Assembly: GCA_035699125.1 (NCBI GenBank)
Contig: DASSBC010000078.1
Span: 13,603-77,602 of the forward strand
Origin: Anaerolineales bacterium
GTDB lineage: Bacteria > Chloroflexota > Anaerolineae > Anaerolineales > Villigracilaceae
Reading direction: 5' to 3'
DNA length: 64,000 nucleotides
This document shows, one piece after another, positions 18,353 through 27,124 of the stretch; the first letter of the stretch is position 1, and each line of letters starts with the position of its first letter. The position numbers and the translations under genes were made by a program. The notes under the pieces were generated by a model that saw only the letters and a program-made list of their open reading frames with translations, had not been told where the DNA came from and did not search any database.

Positions 18353-19908
18353 GAAATTTTTATTATGCTGCTCATTTCCTGATTCTCATACTATTCGGCA
18401 TCAGCGTGATTTTCTATTTCAACTTTACGGCTGAGGATGCTTACATTACTTATCGGTATGCAGAAAATTGGGTCACCACTGGCTCCCTGGTTTACAATGA
18501 GGGCGAACCAATCAATGCGATGACTTCACCACTACATGCTGTACTTTCTGCAGCATTGTTTTTCGTGACTAGCAATACCGTTCTAAGTAACAAAGTACTA
18601 TCTTTGCTCCTTTTGCTACTTTCGGCATTTTTGGTTTGGCGTCGATATAGAGAACATCTTCATTTACAAGTATTAGCCATTCTACTGTTGATGCCTCCCT
18701 GTGTATTGCTGTGGACATTTGGAGGGCTGGAAACCCCCATACTTCTTTTTCTAGCAACTCTTACAGTGACTTTAGCCCTTTACTCAATCCCATTCGGGTT
18801 TAATTCTCTTTACGTGATATTTTTTCTGGCTGGTTTGGCATTTCTTACCCGTTATGATTCAATATTCTTCTTCCTGCCTGTACTCCTTTATGCGAGTTCG
18901 AAAACACAATCCATAAAGCATGTTGCTTTTGCTGTAAGCATAGCGGCAATTTTGCCCCTCGCTTGGTTATTTGTTAGTGTCTATTATTATGGTGATCTTC
19001 TCCCAACTTCATTTTATGTTAAGACTCCAAAAGGAAATTTAGGTACTTTATTTTTTAACGGGATGTATATCGCTTCTTATCTTATATATATTGGAGTCAT
19101 TCCCGTAGCAGCGACGTTATTTGCCACGCTAATACCAAAACATAAAAGGATTGACGTTTTATATCAGCACTTCAAAAGCCTTTGGTGGCTTTATACAGCG
19201 CTAATACTAATGATTTTATATGGGTTGACGATGGCAACCCATCACATGATGTTTTCTTTCCGCTTCTTTGTTCCGTATATACCTTCGACGGTGATACTTG
19301 TGGTGGACCTCTTTCGCCGTGCATCTGAGACCAGAGGAACAGACCTGTCAACAGGAAGGCCAGCGTACCTATTCTCAGGCTTTCTTCTGTGCCTGCTGAT
19401 GTTTCAACTCTATCAAAATATATACACTTATAATCATTCCCTCAATGGGATCTCCTCGATCGGAGAATACAGGGCTCTTGGCATTCGTGACTATGGCAGT
19501 TTCATGCAGATTCTGAAGCAGGAGGCCGTGGATATTCAGAATCATTGGGATGAACATGGCAATAGCGCTCGTCGCCCACGTATCATTACCTATGCAGCAG
19601 GGATTTTGCCTTATACGTACCGAGAATCATACATTTATGAGAAGTTGGTCTCGTATCGCCACTGCTATGAACGCTATCATCAGGCGTTATATGCAGACTA
19701 TATTCATATCCTTGCACCCAGACAGGGCCAGATAAATCAGCAGCTACCGAGACCAGAAGATAGCTATTTTCTCGTGTCATCATACGAGATGTTTTTTGAC
19801 GGATCGATACAACAATTCCTTGTTTATTACAATCCAAAACCTGAGGCACATAACCTGAGTGCCCGGATCAACGAGCCTTGCGAAGTGGAGAGCAGGGCCG
19901 GAAACTAA
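18349..19908 (+). CDS. Polytopic membrane protein, GT-C-fold glycosyltransferase-like
   Basis: About 12 hydrophobic helices. Acidic first-loop motif FTAEDAYITYRYAENW...GEPINAMTSPLH, the position where GT-C enzymes carry their D/E-D motif. C-terminal soluble part. The track ORF starts at 18268, but those 27 codons are an out-of-frame reading of the sulfatase remnant. ATG 18349 (MRNFYYAAHFL) overlaps the remnant stop as ATGA. Confidence 0.6.
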   Translation: MRNFYYAAHFLILILFGISVIFYFNFTAEDAYITYRYAENWVTTGSLVYNEGEPINAMTSPLHAVLSAALFFVTSNTVLSNKVLSLLLLLLSAFLVWRRYREHLHLQVLAILLLMPPCVLLWTFGGLETPILLFLATLTVTLALYSIPFGFNSLYVIFFLAGLAFLTRYDSIFFFLPVLLYASSKTQSIKHVAFAVSIAAILPLAWLFVSVYYYGDLLPTSFYVKTPKGNLGTLFFNGMYIASYLIYIGVIPVAATLFATLIPKHKRIDVLYQHFKSLWWLYTALILMILYGLTMATHHMMFSFRFFVPYIPSTVILVVDLFRRASETRGTDLSTGRPAYLFSGFLLCLLMFQLYQNIYTYNHSLNGISSIGEYRALGIRDYGSFMQILKQEAVDIQNHWDEHGNSARRPRIITYAAGILPYTYRESYIYEKLVSYRHCYERYHQALYADYIHILAPRQGQINQQLPRPEDSYFLVSSYEMFFDGSIQQFLVYYNPKPEAHNLSARINEPCEVESRAGN

Positions 19909-19936
19909 CGGAACCTGGAAAAGACCTTCTGTGGAA

Positions 19937-22645
19937 ATGGTAATGAGATTAAGATTGCGACAATTTGGATGGATTCTCAGGTTGGTGACATTATGCGTTG
20001 CCAGTGCCTTGTTTATCGTGTCCATCCCACCATCATGGGCATTTGCACAGTCTACGAGTGATTCCTGGACCGAGCCCGTAAACCTTTCCCATTCAGGTAT
20101 TGCTACAAACCCAAACATCGTGGCAGCTTCTGATGGCTTGGTACACGTCGTATGGCAGGATGATTTAGGGGAATACATGTACTCACAGTTTGATGGTGAT
20201 CAGTGGAGTACACCTGAGATGACCGGACTGAATCGTGTGTTCAGGCTCCCTGGCCCTGAAGAGCCAGTTGACCCGTTTCAAATAGCGAACTATACCGGTC
20301 CGAATCCACTGTTCATCAAGGGTTCTGACGAGCGTATTTTCGCCTTCTGGATCAACCCTGAAGGTAGAGTGTATGTCAGCAACGTGGATAACCAAAGTTT
20401 TAAAGATGATGTGGCGTGGGGTTCTGGGCGTCTTATAACGCCGGGAGCAGCCTATTTTGCCGCAGCCGTCGACGCGTTCGGCACATTGCATGTGGCTTTT
20501 TTGCAGACAGAGGACAACGCTGACAATCCGCCAGGTATTTACTATACGCAGTCTATTAATAATGGCGGAGGCTGGACTAAACCTGTTCGTCTGTATGAAT
20601 CTCCTTATCTCCGCACACTCGACCGAGGTGAGGCGCATCTCAGCATTGCCACAGCCGAGACAAAGGACACACCGCGCGTGTATGTTGCTTGGGATAACCG
20701 GCCTCGTAAGCAGGTATTACTGACGCAATCCGCGGACGGAGGGCAGACTTGGGAAGAACCAGAGCTCGTCGCGGGTCCAGCGCCAAACTCTGGGTTGTCG
20801 GGACCATTCAATGTCCAAGTGGGTACCTTTAAGAACAGCATTATGCTTGTCTGGCAGAATGGTCAGCCAGAAGGCCCTTGCGCCCAGTTCTACAAGTTCT
20901 CTAGAGATGCGGGCAAAACTTGGAACGAATCACAACCCATGCTCGAGGATCTGTTGGGCTGCGCGCAGTCTAATGAATTTTTAACAGGATTGCAGAACGG
21001 CTCCGAAGACCCGTTATTTCTACTGACTGAATCGAAAAACCAGGTTGTCCTGATGGCATGGGACGGTCGCCAATGGAGCCAGCCGCAGACACAACAAATA
21101 CTATCCGGATTTGAAGAGCCGGAGATTTACACCGAGGTTGTTTACAGTTGCCGTCGTGCCTCTATGTTAGAAAAGCAACTATACGTCGTTGGGTGCGACG
21201 AAGGAGGAAGCGGTGATGTCTGGGTGACTTCCCGGGACCTGGGTTCGAATGCTTCCTGGTTTTCGCAACCAGCTTGGAGTCCGCCATCCCCCATTACCAG
21301 TGAAAACTCCGAGATGGAAGCGGTTAAGCTGGTGAACACAGACGATGGCTCATTTCATGCTTTTTTTAGTAAGCATCAGGATTTGTCAATTTATTATACG
21401 TACTGGGATGGCGAGTTATGGTCGCGTATAACTCCGGTACTGGAACTTCCAGAAGGGGAAGCTGGCTTGCCAGCCATAACAACAGGATCAGGTAATGAGT
21501 TGTTCCTCTTCGTTCCCAACAATCGAGGCGCTGTTTACTTTAGCCGGGCAACTAGCGGCAATGCAGCTACTGAATCCGGCTGGTCTTCGCCCACCCGACT
21601 CGAAATAGGCCATGACGGAGAGATTGGTGCAGTAGATGTCGCCGAGGATGCCGTTGGGTCACTCTATCTGGCTTACTCTGTTCCATTGAATGAAGCGCGC
21701 GGCATCTATCTCGCGCAATCAATGGACAATGGAGCATCTTGGTCAGAGCCAATCCAAGTTTTCAACGGGGCTACAGCAGGTTTCGATCTTGTCGGCGCGC
21801 CTTCTTTATCGGTGTCGGATAACGGCATCTTCCATATCGTGTGGAAAGAGCAAACCGTGCAAGGCGATGGAGTTCCACAATCTCTTTCTCTTTTTTACAC
21901 TCGATCCGAGGATGGTGGGCATACCTTCAGCGAGCCGGAGCTGCTTCTTGAAGAACCGGCGGCTTGGCAACAGATTGTGACCGATGGCAAAGGTAATCTG
22001 CACCTACTTTGGCAGTGGCAGGACATGAGGACAACGGTCTGGGATCAAGTCTCTTTAGATGGTGGGCGCTCATGGCAGGTTGCACAGGGATTACCGGTCG
22101 AAGGGTTGGCAGTATCCATTATGGCAGATCCTGCTGGCCAGTTACATGTACTCCATGCAGGTTCGGGCTCTCTGGGACATTGGCTTTGGGACGGGAGTCG
22201 CTGGGAGAGTGAAGAACCTCTTAATTGGAATCTGGCTTCGCAACCTGGAGAGGCAACACAATTATTGGCGGCTACTGTCAACAAACAAGGAAAGGTGGTG
22301 GTTGTCCTGGCAGTCCCGACGGGAGCAGAAAACGCGGCAGAGCAGATCCTTCTTTATTCTACACACATGCTCAAGCTTACCAGCCAACAGCCCGCGGCCC
22401 AAGACTCCCCCACTGAGACACTGTTACCGCCCACACTGACTCCGGCAACATCCACTCCTGAGCGTTTACCAACCTCAATTAGCACCTTTGAGATGGAGCC
22501 AACCAGCGCTCAGGGCAAAACGGATCCTAACGACATCAACCAGCCCGTATCACCCTTCGCGATGGCCCTGCTACCGGTCGCGCTTCTGCTGCTCAGTGTC
22601 TTGGGTATTATGATCAGACGAGTCACACGGGCACAGGATTCATAG
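19937..22645 (+). CDS. Secreted BNR/Asp-box repeat beta-propeller protein (sialidase-like fold), C-terminally membrane anchored
   Basis: Signal peptide MVMRLRLRQFGWILRLVTLCVASALFIVSIPPSWAFA. Six Asp-boxes (SINNGGGW, SADGGQTW, SRDAGKTW, SMDNGASW, SEDGGHTF, SLDGGRSW). Pro/Thr-rich linker, terminal TM helix and basic tail. The track start at 19859 overlaps the previous gene; ATG 19937 is preferred. Confidence 0.8.
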   Translation: MVMRLRLRQFGWILRLVTLCVASALFIVSIPPSWAFAQSTSDSWTEPVNLSHSGIATNPNIVAASDGLVHVVWQDDLGEYMYSQFDGDQWSTPEMTGLNRVFRLPGPEEPVDPFQIANYTGPNPLFIKGSDERIFAFWINPEGRVYVSNVDNQSFKDDVAWGSGRLITPGAAYFAAAVDAFGTLHVAFLQTEDNADNPPGIYYTQSINNGGGWTKPVRLYESPYLRTLDRGEAHLSIATAETKDTPRVYVAWDNRPRKQVLLTQSADGGQTWEEPELVAGPAPNSGLSGPFNVQVGTFKNSIMLVWQNGQPEGPCAQFYKFSRDAGKTWNESQPMLEDLLGCAQSNEFLTGLQNGSEDPLFLLTESKNQVVLMAWDGRQWSQPQTQQILSGFEEPEIYTEVVYSCRRASMLEKQLYVVGCDEGGSGDVWVTSRDLGSNASWFSQPAWSPPSPITSENSEMEAVKLVNTDDGSFHAFFSKHQDLSIYYTYWDGELWSRITPVLELPEGEAGLPAITTGSGNELFLFVPNNRGAVYFSRATSGNAATESGWSSPTRLEIGHDGEIGAVDVAEDAVGSLYLAYSVPLNEARGIYLAQSMDNGASWSEPIQVFNGATAGFDLVGAPSLSVSDNGIFHIVWKEQTVQGDGVPQSLSLFYTRSEDGGHTFSEPELLLEEPAAWQQIVTDGKGNLHLLWQWQDMRTTVWDQVSLDGGRSWQVAQGLPVEGLAVSIMADPAGQLHVLHAGSGSLGHWLWDGSRWESEEPLNWNLASQPGEATQLLAATVNKQGKVVVVLAVPTGAENAAEQILLYSTHMLKLTSQQPAAQDSPTETLLPPTLTPATSTPERLPTSISTFEMEPTSAQGKTDPNDINQPVSPFAMALLPVALLLLSVLGIMIRRVTRAQDS

Positions 22646-22713
22646 ACGCAGGTACCTTCTTAATTGACTGCTACAGATTTCTCGCCCCAGAGAAACATAA
22701 CATAGTGATAATC

Positions 22714-23790
22714 ATGAAAATTAGCAATCGCGGGTTACTAATTAATGTATCCCTTTTCATCTTTTCTACCATTTTTGCTCTCGTTCTAAGTGAAATAGGA
22801 CTGCGGCTTACGGGGTTTAGCCCACTGTATGTTAGTCCGGAACGAGATCGTTTTTGGAAATATGATTCCTTGTTAGGGTGGGCGCATGAAGCTGGTCAAG
22901 ACGGGATCTTTGAAACGCCACAATTCCGTACCTTTGTGCGGATTAATGATAAGGGTTTGCGCGACCGCTCGCACTCGTATGAGCGTCAGAATGATACTGA
23001 GCGCATCTTAGTGCTTGGTGATTCCTTTGCATGGGGCTATGGTGTAGAAGAAGAAGAGCGATTCTCCCAACTGCTGGAAAAATTACTCGATGCTGAAGTG
23101 ATCAATGCTGGTGTCTCGGGTTACAGCACGGATCAGGAATTGCTTTGGTATAAGAACGAAGGCATCAAATACGAAACGGATCTTGTCATAGTAGTGTTCG
23201 CCGGCAACGATATAGGCGATAATGAGAAACAACTTGTCAATAACATCTACTATAAGCCGCAATTTGTGATCGACGAAGGTGGGTTAGTCCTTACAAATTA
23301 TCCGGTCCCTAAAACCAGTCCACAAGGAAGATTCATATACTCTCTCTCAAAGCGATCGGCCCTCGCCTATTTTCTCACTCAAAGATATTTTGACATAGTT
23401 ACTTTATATCGCAAGACAAAAGTAGATGCAGACCACGTCAACGTACCGGGATCCGGTGTACAGCCTGAAAAAAAACCTTTTGAACTGACAATTGCCCTCA
23501 TGCATGAAATGAGACAGACCGCTGAGTCCAGGGGTGCAAAATTTCTGATCGTTGCCACGGATAGTTGGTGGAATTATCCATCTAAAGAAAATTACGAAAA
23601 CTTTCTCACCACAATGCGAAGTGAAGGATTTCTGGTTTTGGATGTTGAATCGATGCCAGGTTTTTCTTCCGAAGACATGCTGATTCCAGATGATGGTCAT
23701 TGGAATCAATCCGGCCATAAATTTGTGGCAGCAAAGATTAAAGACTTTATCGAGGTTAATCAGCTGCTTATCCAGGTGAATTCTAAGTAA
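22714..23790 (+). CDS. Membrane-anchored SGNH/GDSL-like hydrolase or acyltransferase
   Basis: N-terminal TM anchor. Block I ILVLGDSFAWGYGV, block III VFAGNDIGD, block V PDDGHWNQSGH. Confidence 0.75.
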   Translation: MKISNRGLLINVSLFIFSTIFALVLSEIGLRLTGFSPLYVSPERDRFWKYDSLLGWAHEAGQDGIFETPQFRTFVRINDKGLRDRSHSYERQNDTERILVLGDSFAWGYGVEEEERFSQLLEKLLDAEVINAGVSGYSTDQELLWYKNEGIKYETDLVIVVFAGNDIGDNEKQLVNNIYYKPQFVIDEGGLVLTNYPVPKTSPQGRFIYSLSKRSALAYFLTQRYFDIVTLYRKTKVDADHVNVPGSGVQPEKKPFELTIALMHEMRQTAESRGAKFLIVATDSWWNYPSKENYENFLTTMRSEGFLVLDVESMPGFSSEDMLIPDDGHWNQSGHKFVAAKIKDFIEVNQLLIQVNSK

Positions 23791-23942
23791 CAGGATTGCA
23801 CCGGGACGACGATGGGATGGACCGAGAGATCTAAGAATTCAGCCTCTTGCAGAGCATTATTATGGAGATAGTCAGCCAGCTTGGGCATTAGGCATAAATT
23901 TACTTTGTGAATCTTCTAATTAAGAAGATGAATGGAGAAACA

Positions 23943-24194
23943 ATGACAATACAAGATATTAAGGAAGTGATTCGGGTTTACATTCTCGAAGAGTTCCTCC
24001 CTGGGGAAAACCCGGCGGAGCTGACGGACTCGACCCCTCTGATTACTGGAGGAATCCTCGACTCGCTTGCCACGATAAAGCTGGTGGCGTTTCTTGAAGA
24101 GCGGTTTCATATCCAGATCCAAGCGCATGAGACGATGGTCGACTATCTAAACACCATCTCCGACATTGCGCAATTAGTCAGCTCCAAGCTATAA
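23943..24194 (+). CDS. Acyl/peptidyl carrier protein, DltC-like
   Basis: 83 aa from the ATG preceded by GGAGAAACA. Phosphopantetheine attachment motif GGILDSLATIKLVAFLEERF. The track ORF starts further upstream at GTG 23907. Confidence 0.8.
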   Translation: MTIQDIKEVIRVYILEEFLPGENPAELTDSTPLITGGILDSLATIKLVAFLEERFHIQIQAHETMVDYLNTISDIAQLVSSKL

Positions 24195-24203
24195 AGGGGA
24201 TCG

Positions 24204-27113
24204 TTGCTCGTGGAACGCATTCTATTTGGAAGTTATCGGTGGAACAAACTTCTACCTGCCGCTCTGATTTTGAGTGGCGCAAGCATCACAGCTATAGCCC
24301 TAGCTGCTGATCTTCTAAATCTCGGCGGCCCGCGCGGTATCGGCCCCAATCAAGTTTCCTTGGCTCTGAGCGGATTTGCCGTATTGCTTGCTGGTATAGT
24401 CCTGATCTCATCCGTAAATTGGCGCTACATTGCCGAGTGGTCGCTCGTGATTGCCGCAGCGGTGGCTGTAGCCTTTGCCTCCGACCTACTGGTGATCAAC
24501 GGCCTGCCGGAATTTGCAGCCAAGCATGTAGTGCTGGCATCAATCGGGTTCAGCCTTTTTCTAACTGTCGCGGTTCCTGCAGACTCTGACAAAAAGAGGA
24601 GCCTCGACGAGTGGCTCAGTGTGTTCGCTACGGACCGAGTCAGGGTGATTCAGTTTCTGAGCGTGACAGTTCAACTCGGAATTCTGGTCCTGGTGATGCG
24701 CCAATTCCAGTTGGAAAACCAGGCGTTTTATCTAAGCATCGCACCCCTCACCTTTTACGGCTTTCTGATCCACTTTTTCCTTCCCGATCACTACCGCATG
24801 CCGTTTTTCCTGCTTCTCTCAATTCTAGCCATTATTGGCATACTGGGCCTTGTGCCGGCTGTCTGGTTGCTAGGGATAGGGCTCGGGCTGATTGGAATTT
24901 GTCACCTCCCGATTCTCTATCCCGCCAGGCTAATAGTGCTGCTTTCGATCACAGTTCTACTGGTCGCGTTACGGGTGAATTGGATTCCGTTCCCTGCTCT
25001 TAACGTGATCTGGCCGGTCTTGGCCTCGATGTTTATGTTCCGGTTAATCATCTACGTCTACGATCTCAAGCACGGCAAGACGAAGCCGACCATCACAAGC
25101 ACTCTATCCTATTTCTTTTTACTGCCTAATGTCGTTTTTCCTTTCTTTCCCGTTGTAGACTATAGTACCTTTCGTCGGACGTACTACGACGACGACCAAT
25201 TCCGGATCTACCAGAAAGGGCTGCAATGGATGCTGCGCGGGGTGATTCAGCTCATCGTATATCGCTTGGTCAATTATTACCTTATGGTTGCCCCGGAGTC
25301 CGTCACCAATACCCCTGAGTTGATTCGCTATGTCATTTCCAATTTTGCTCTCTATATTCGGATTTCAGGCCAATTTCATCTGATCATCGGTCTGTTACAC
25401 CTGTTCGGTTTCAACTTGCCGGAAACACATCACCTGTACTTCATGGCCTCCAGCTTCACGGATTTGTGGCGCCGCATTAATATCTATTGGAAAGACTTTA
25501 TGTTAAAGGTATTTTATTACCCCACTTACTTCAGAATCCGGAGGTGGGGCGCCAAGAGCAGCCTTATCTTTGCAACCTTCTTTGTATTTTTCCTGACTTG
25601 GTTTTTTCATGCGTATCAGTGGTTCTGGCTGCGGGGCACATTCCTTTTCACTGCGCCAGATATGGTGTTCTGGTTTATTCTGGCATGTTTGGTAGTGGTC
25701 AATACCCTATATGAGGTCCAGCGTGGTCGAAAACGCACCTTAGGACAGCGATCCATGACCTTTGGAGATATTATTGCTCTGGCACTCCAAACAGCTGGTA
25801 CCTTCATCGCCATGGCTGTGCTGTGGTCGCTATGGAGCAGCGAGTCACTCCGGGATTGGATTGCTTTGATCTCGGTAGTGGGAATTAGCCCACAAAATAT
25901 TGCAACATTACTCCTGGTCTTCCTGATGATTACAGTGGTGTTCGGCCTAGTGACCTGGCTAAGAGTTCGCGCTGAAACGAGCGAAGGAGCGAATACAAAG
26001 GCCTCTTACTTTTTTAGGACCGCGACCACGACCGGGGGTGCTGTCCTCTTGCTATTCCTCCTCGGAAACCCCGTTGTGTATGGTCAATTCGGCAGCAAGG
26101 CTCAGGGGCTGATTAGCGATCTGACAGTGAATCGGCTGAGCGACCGAGAAGCCGCACTTCTCCAGCGCGGCTACTATGAGGATCTTATCGGCGTGAATCG
26201 GTTTAACTCTCAGCTCTGGGAGATTTATAACAAGCGGCCTTCCGACTGGGTCGCGATTCGAGATACCCCGGCGATCCGGTTTACGAACGATAACCTTATT
26301 CTAGAACTTGCCCCCTCGACGACGATCGACTTCAACGGTACTCAGCTGAGTACCAATCGTTGGGGCATGCGTGACCGGGATTACGAGCAGATCCCTCCAC
26401 CGGACACATATCGGATCGCCCTGACCGGACCATCGTTCGTAATGGGATATGGTGTTGCCGATGACGAAGGCTTCGACCCCCTGTTAGAAGATCATCTGAA
26501 TGAGGTAAATGCTGGGAATCCATATGCCAAATATGAAATTCTTAACTTCGCCGTTCCCGGCTATTCCGCCATTCAGGATCTGATGGTTCTAGAACAAAAG
26601 GTACTATTGTTTCAACCAAACGCCATATTCTTTATGGCTCATCAGCGTGAAGAGGAGGCAGCAGTGATGTACCTTGCCGACCGAATCTCGGCTGGTGCCG
26701 AGCTCCCTTATCCAGAACTTCTGGAGCTCGCACGTCGCGCAGGGGCTGAGCCAGGAGCGTCAAAAGAAGAGATAGCACGGCGTCTTACTCCCTTTGGCTC
26801 CGAGATTCTCGCATGGACCTACCGCCGTGTTGTGGATGTTTCTCACGACTATGATATGGTGCCTGTATGGATTTTCATGCCGACCCTGGAGTTCCCACTA
26901 CAGGAAGATAAAGTGGACGGCTTGGTCCGCCTGGCCGAGGAGTCTGGTTTTGTAGTTCTCGATCTTTCCCATGCCTACGACGGTCAAGACCCGGAGTCGA
27001 TCGTGGTTGCCTACTGGGACAAGCATCCGAATGCCAAGGGACATATGCTGATTGCGGAGGACCTATATCTTAAACTCCGGGAAAAACAAGCGGAGATTCA
27101 TCTTTTCCAATAG
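24204..27113 (+). CDS. MBOAT-family membrane O-acyltransferase (DltB/AlgI-like) fused to a C-terminal SGNH-like domain
   Basis: 969 aa. Long polytopic region with the MBOAT-type segment FTDLWRRINIYWKDFMLKVFYYP and a later conserved-His candidate FFLTWFFHAYQW. The C-terminal ~330 aa soluble domain has YRIALTGPSFVMGYGV (GDS-like block I) and YWDKHPNAKGH (block V-like). Confidence 0.8.
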   Translation: MLVERILFGSYRWNKLLPAALILSGASITAIALAADLLNLGGPRGIGPNQVSLALSGFAVLLAGIVLISSVNWRYIAEWSLVIAAAVAVAFASDLLVINGLPEFAAKHVVLASIGFSLFLTVAVPADSDKKRSLDEWLSVFATDRVRVIQFLSVTVQLGILVLVMRQFQLENQAFYLSIAPLTFYGFLIHFFLPDHYRMPFFLLLSILAIIGILGLVPAVWLLGIGLGLIGICHLPILYPARLIVLLSITVLLVALRVNWIPFPALNVIWPVLASMFMFRLIIYVYDLKHGKTKPTITSTLSYFFLLPNVVFPFFPVVDYSTFRRTYYDDDQFRIYQKGLQWMLRGVIQLIVYRLVNYYLMVAPESVTNTPELIRYVISNFALYIRISGQFHLIIGLLHLFGFNLPETHHLYFMASSFTDLWRRINIYWKDFMLKVFYYPTYFRIRRWGAKSSLIFATFFVFFLTWFFHAYQWFWLRGTFLFTAPDMVFWFILACLVVVNTLYEVQRGRKRTLGQRSMTFGDIIALALQTAGTFIAMAVLWSLWSSESLRDWIALISVVGISPQNIATLLLVFLMITVVFGLVTWLRVRAETSEGANTKASYFFRTATTTGGAVLLLFLLGNPVVYGQFGSKAQGLISDLTVNRLSDREAALLQRGYYEDLIGVNRFNSQLWEIYNKRPSDWVAIRDTPAIRFTNDNLILELAPSTTIDFNGTQLSTNRWGMRDRDYEQIPPPDTYRIALTGPSFVMGYGVADDEGFDPLLEDHLNEVNAGNPYAKYEILNFAVPGYSAIQDLMVLEQKVLLFQPNAIFFMAHQREEEAAVMYLADRISAGAELPYPELLELARRAGAEPGASKEEIARRLTPFGSEILAWTYRRVVDVSHDYDMVPVWIFMPTLEFPLQEDKVDGLVRLAEESGFVVLDLSHAYDGQDPESIVVAYWDKHPNAKGHMLIAEDLYLKLREKQAEIHLFQ

Positions 27114-27124
27114 AGGGCAATAAG

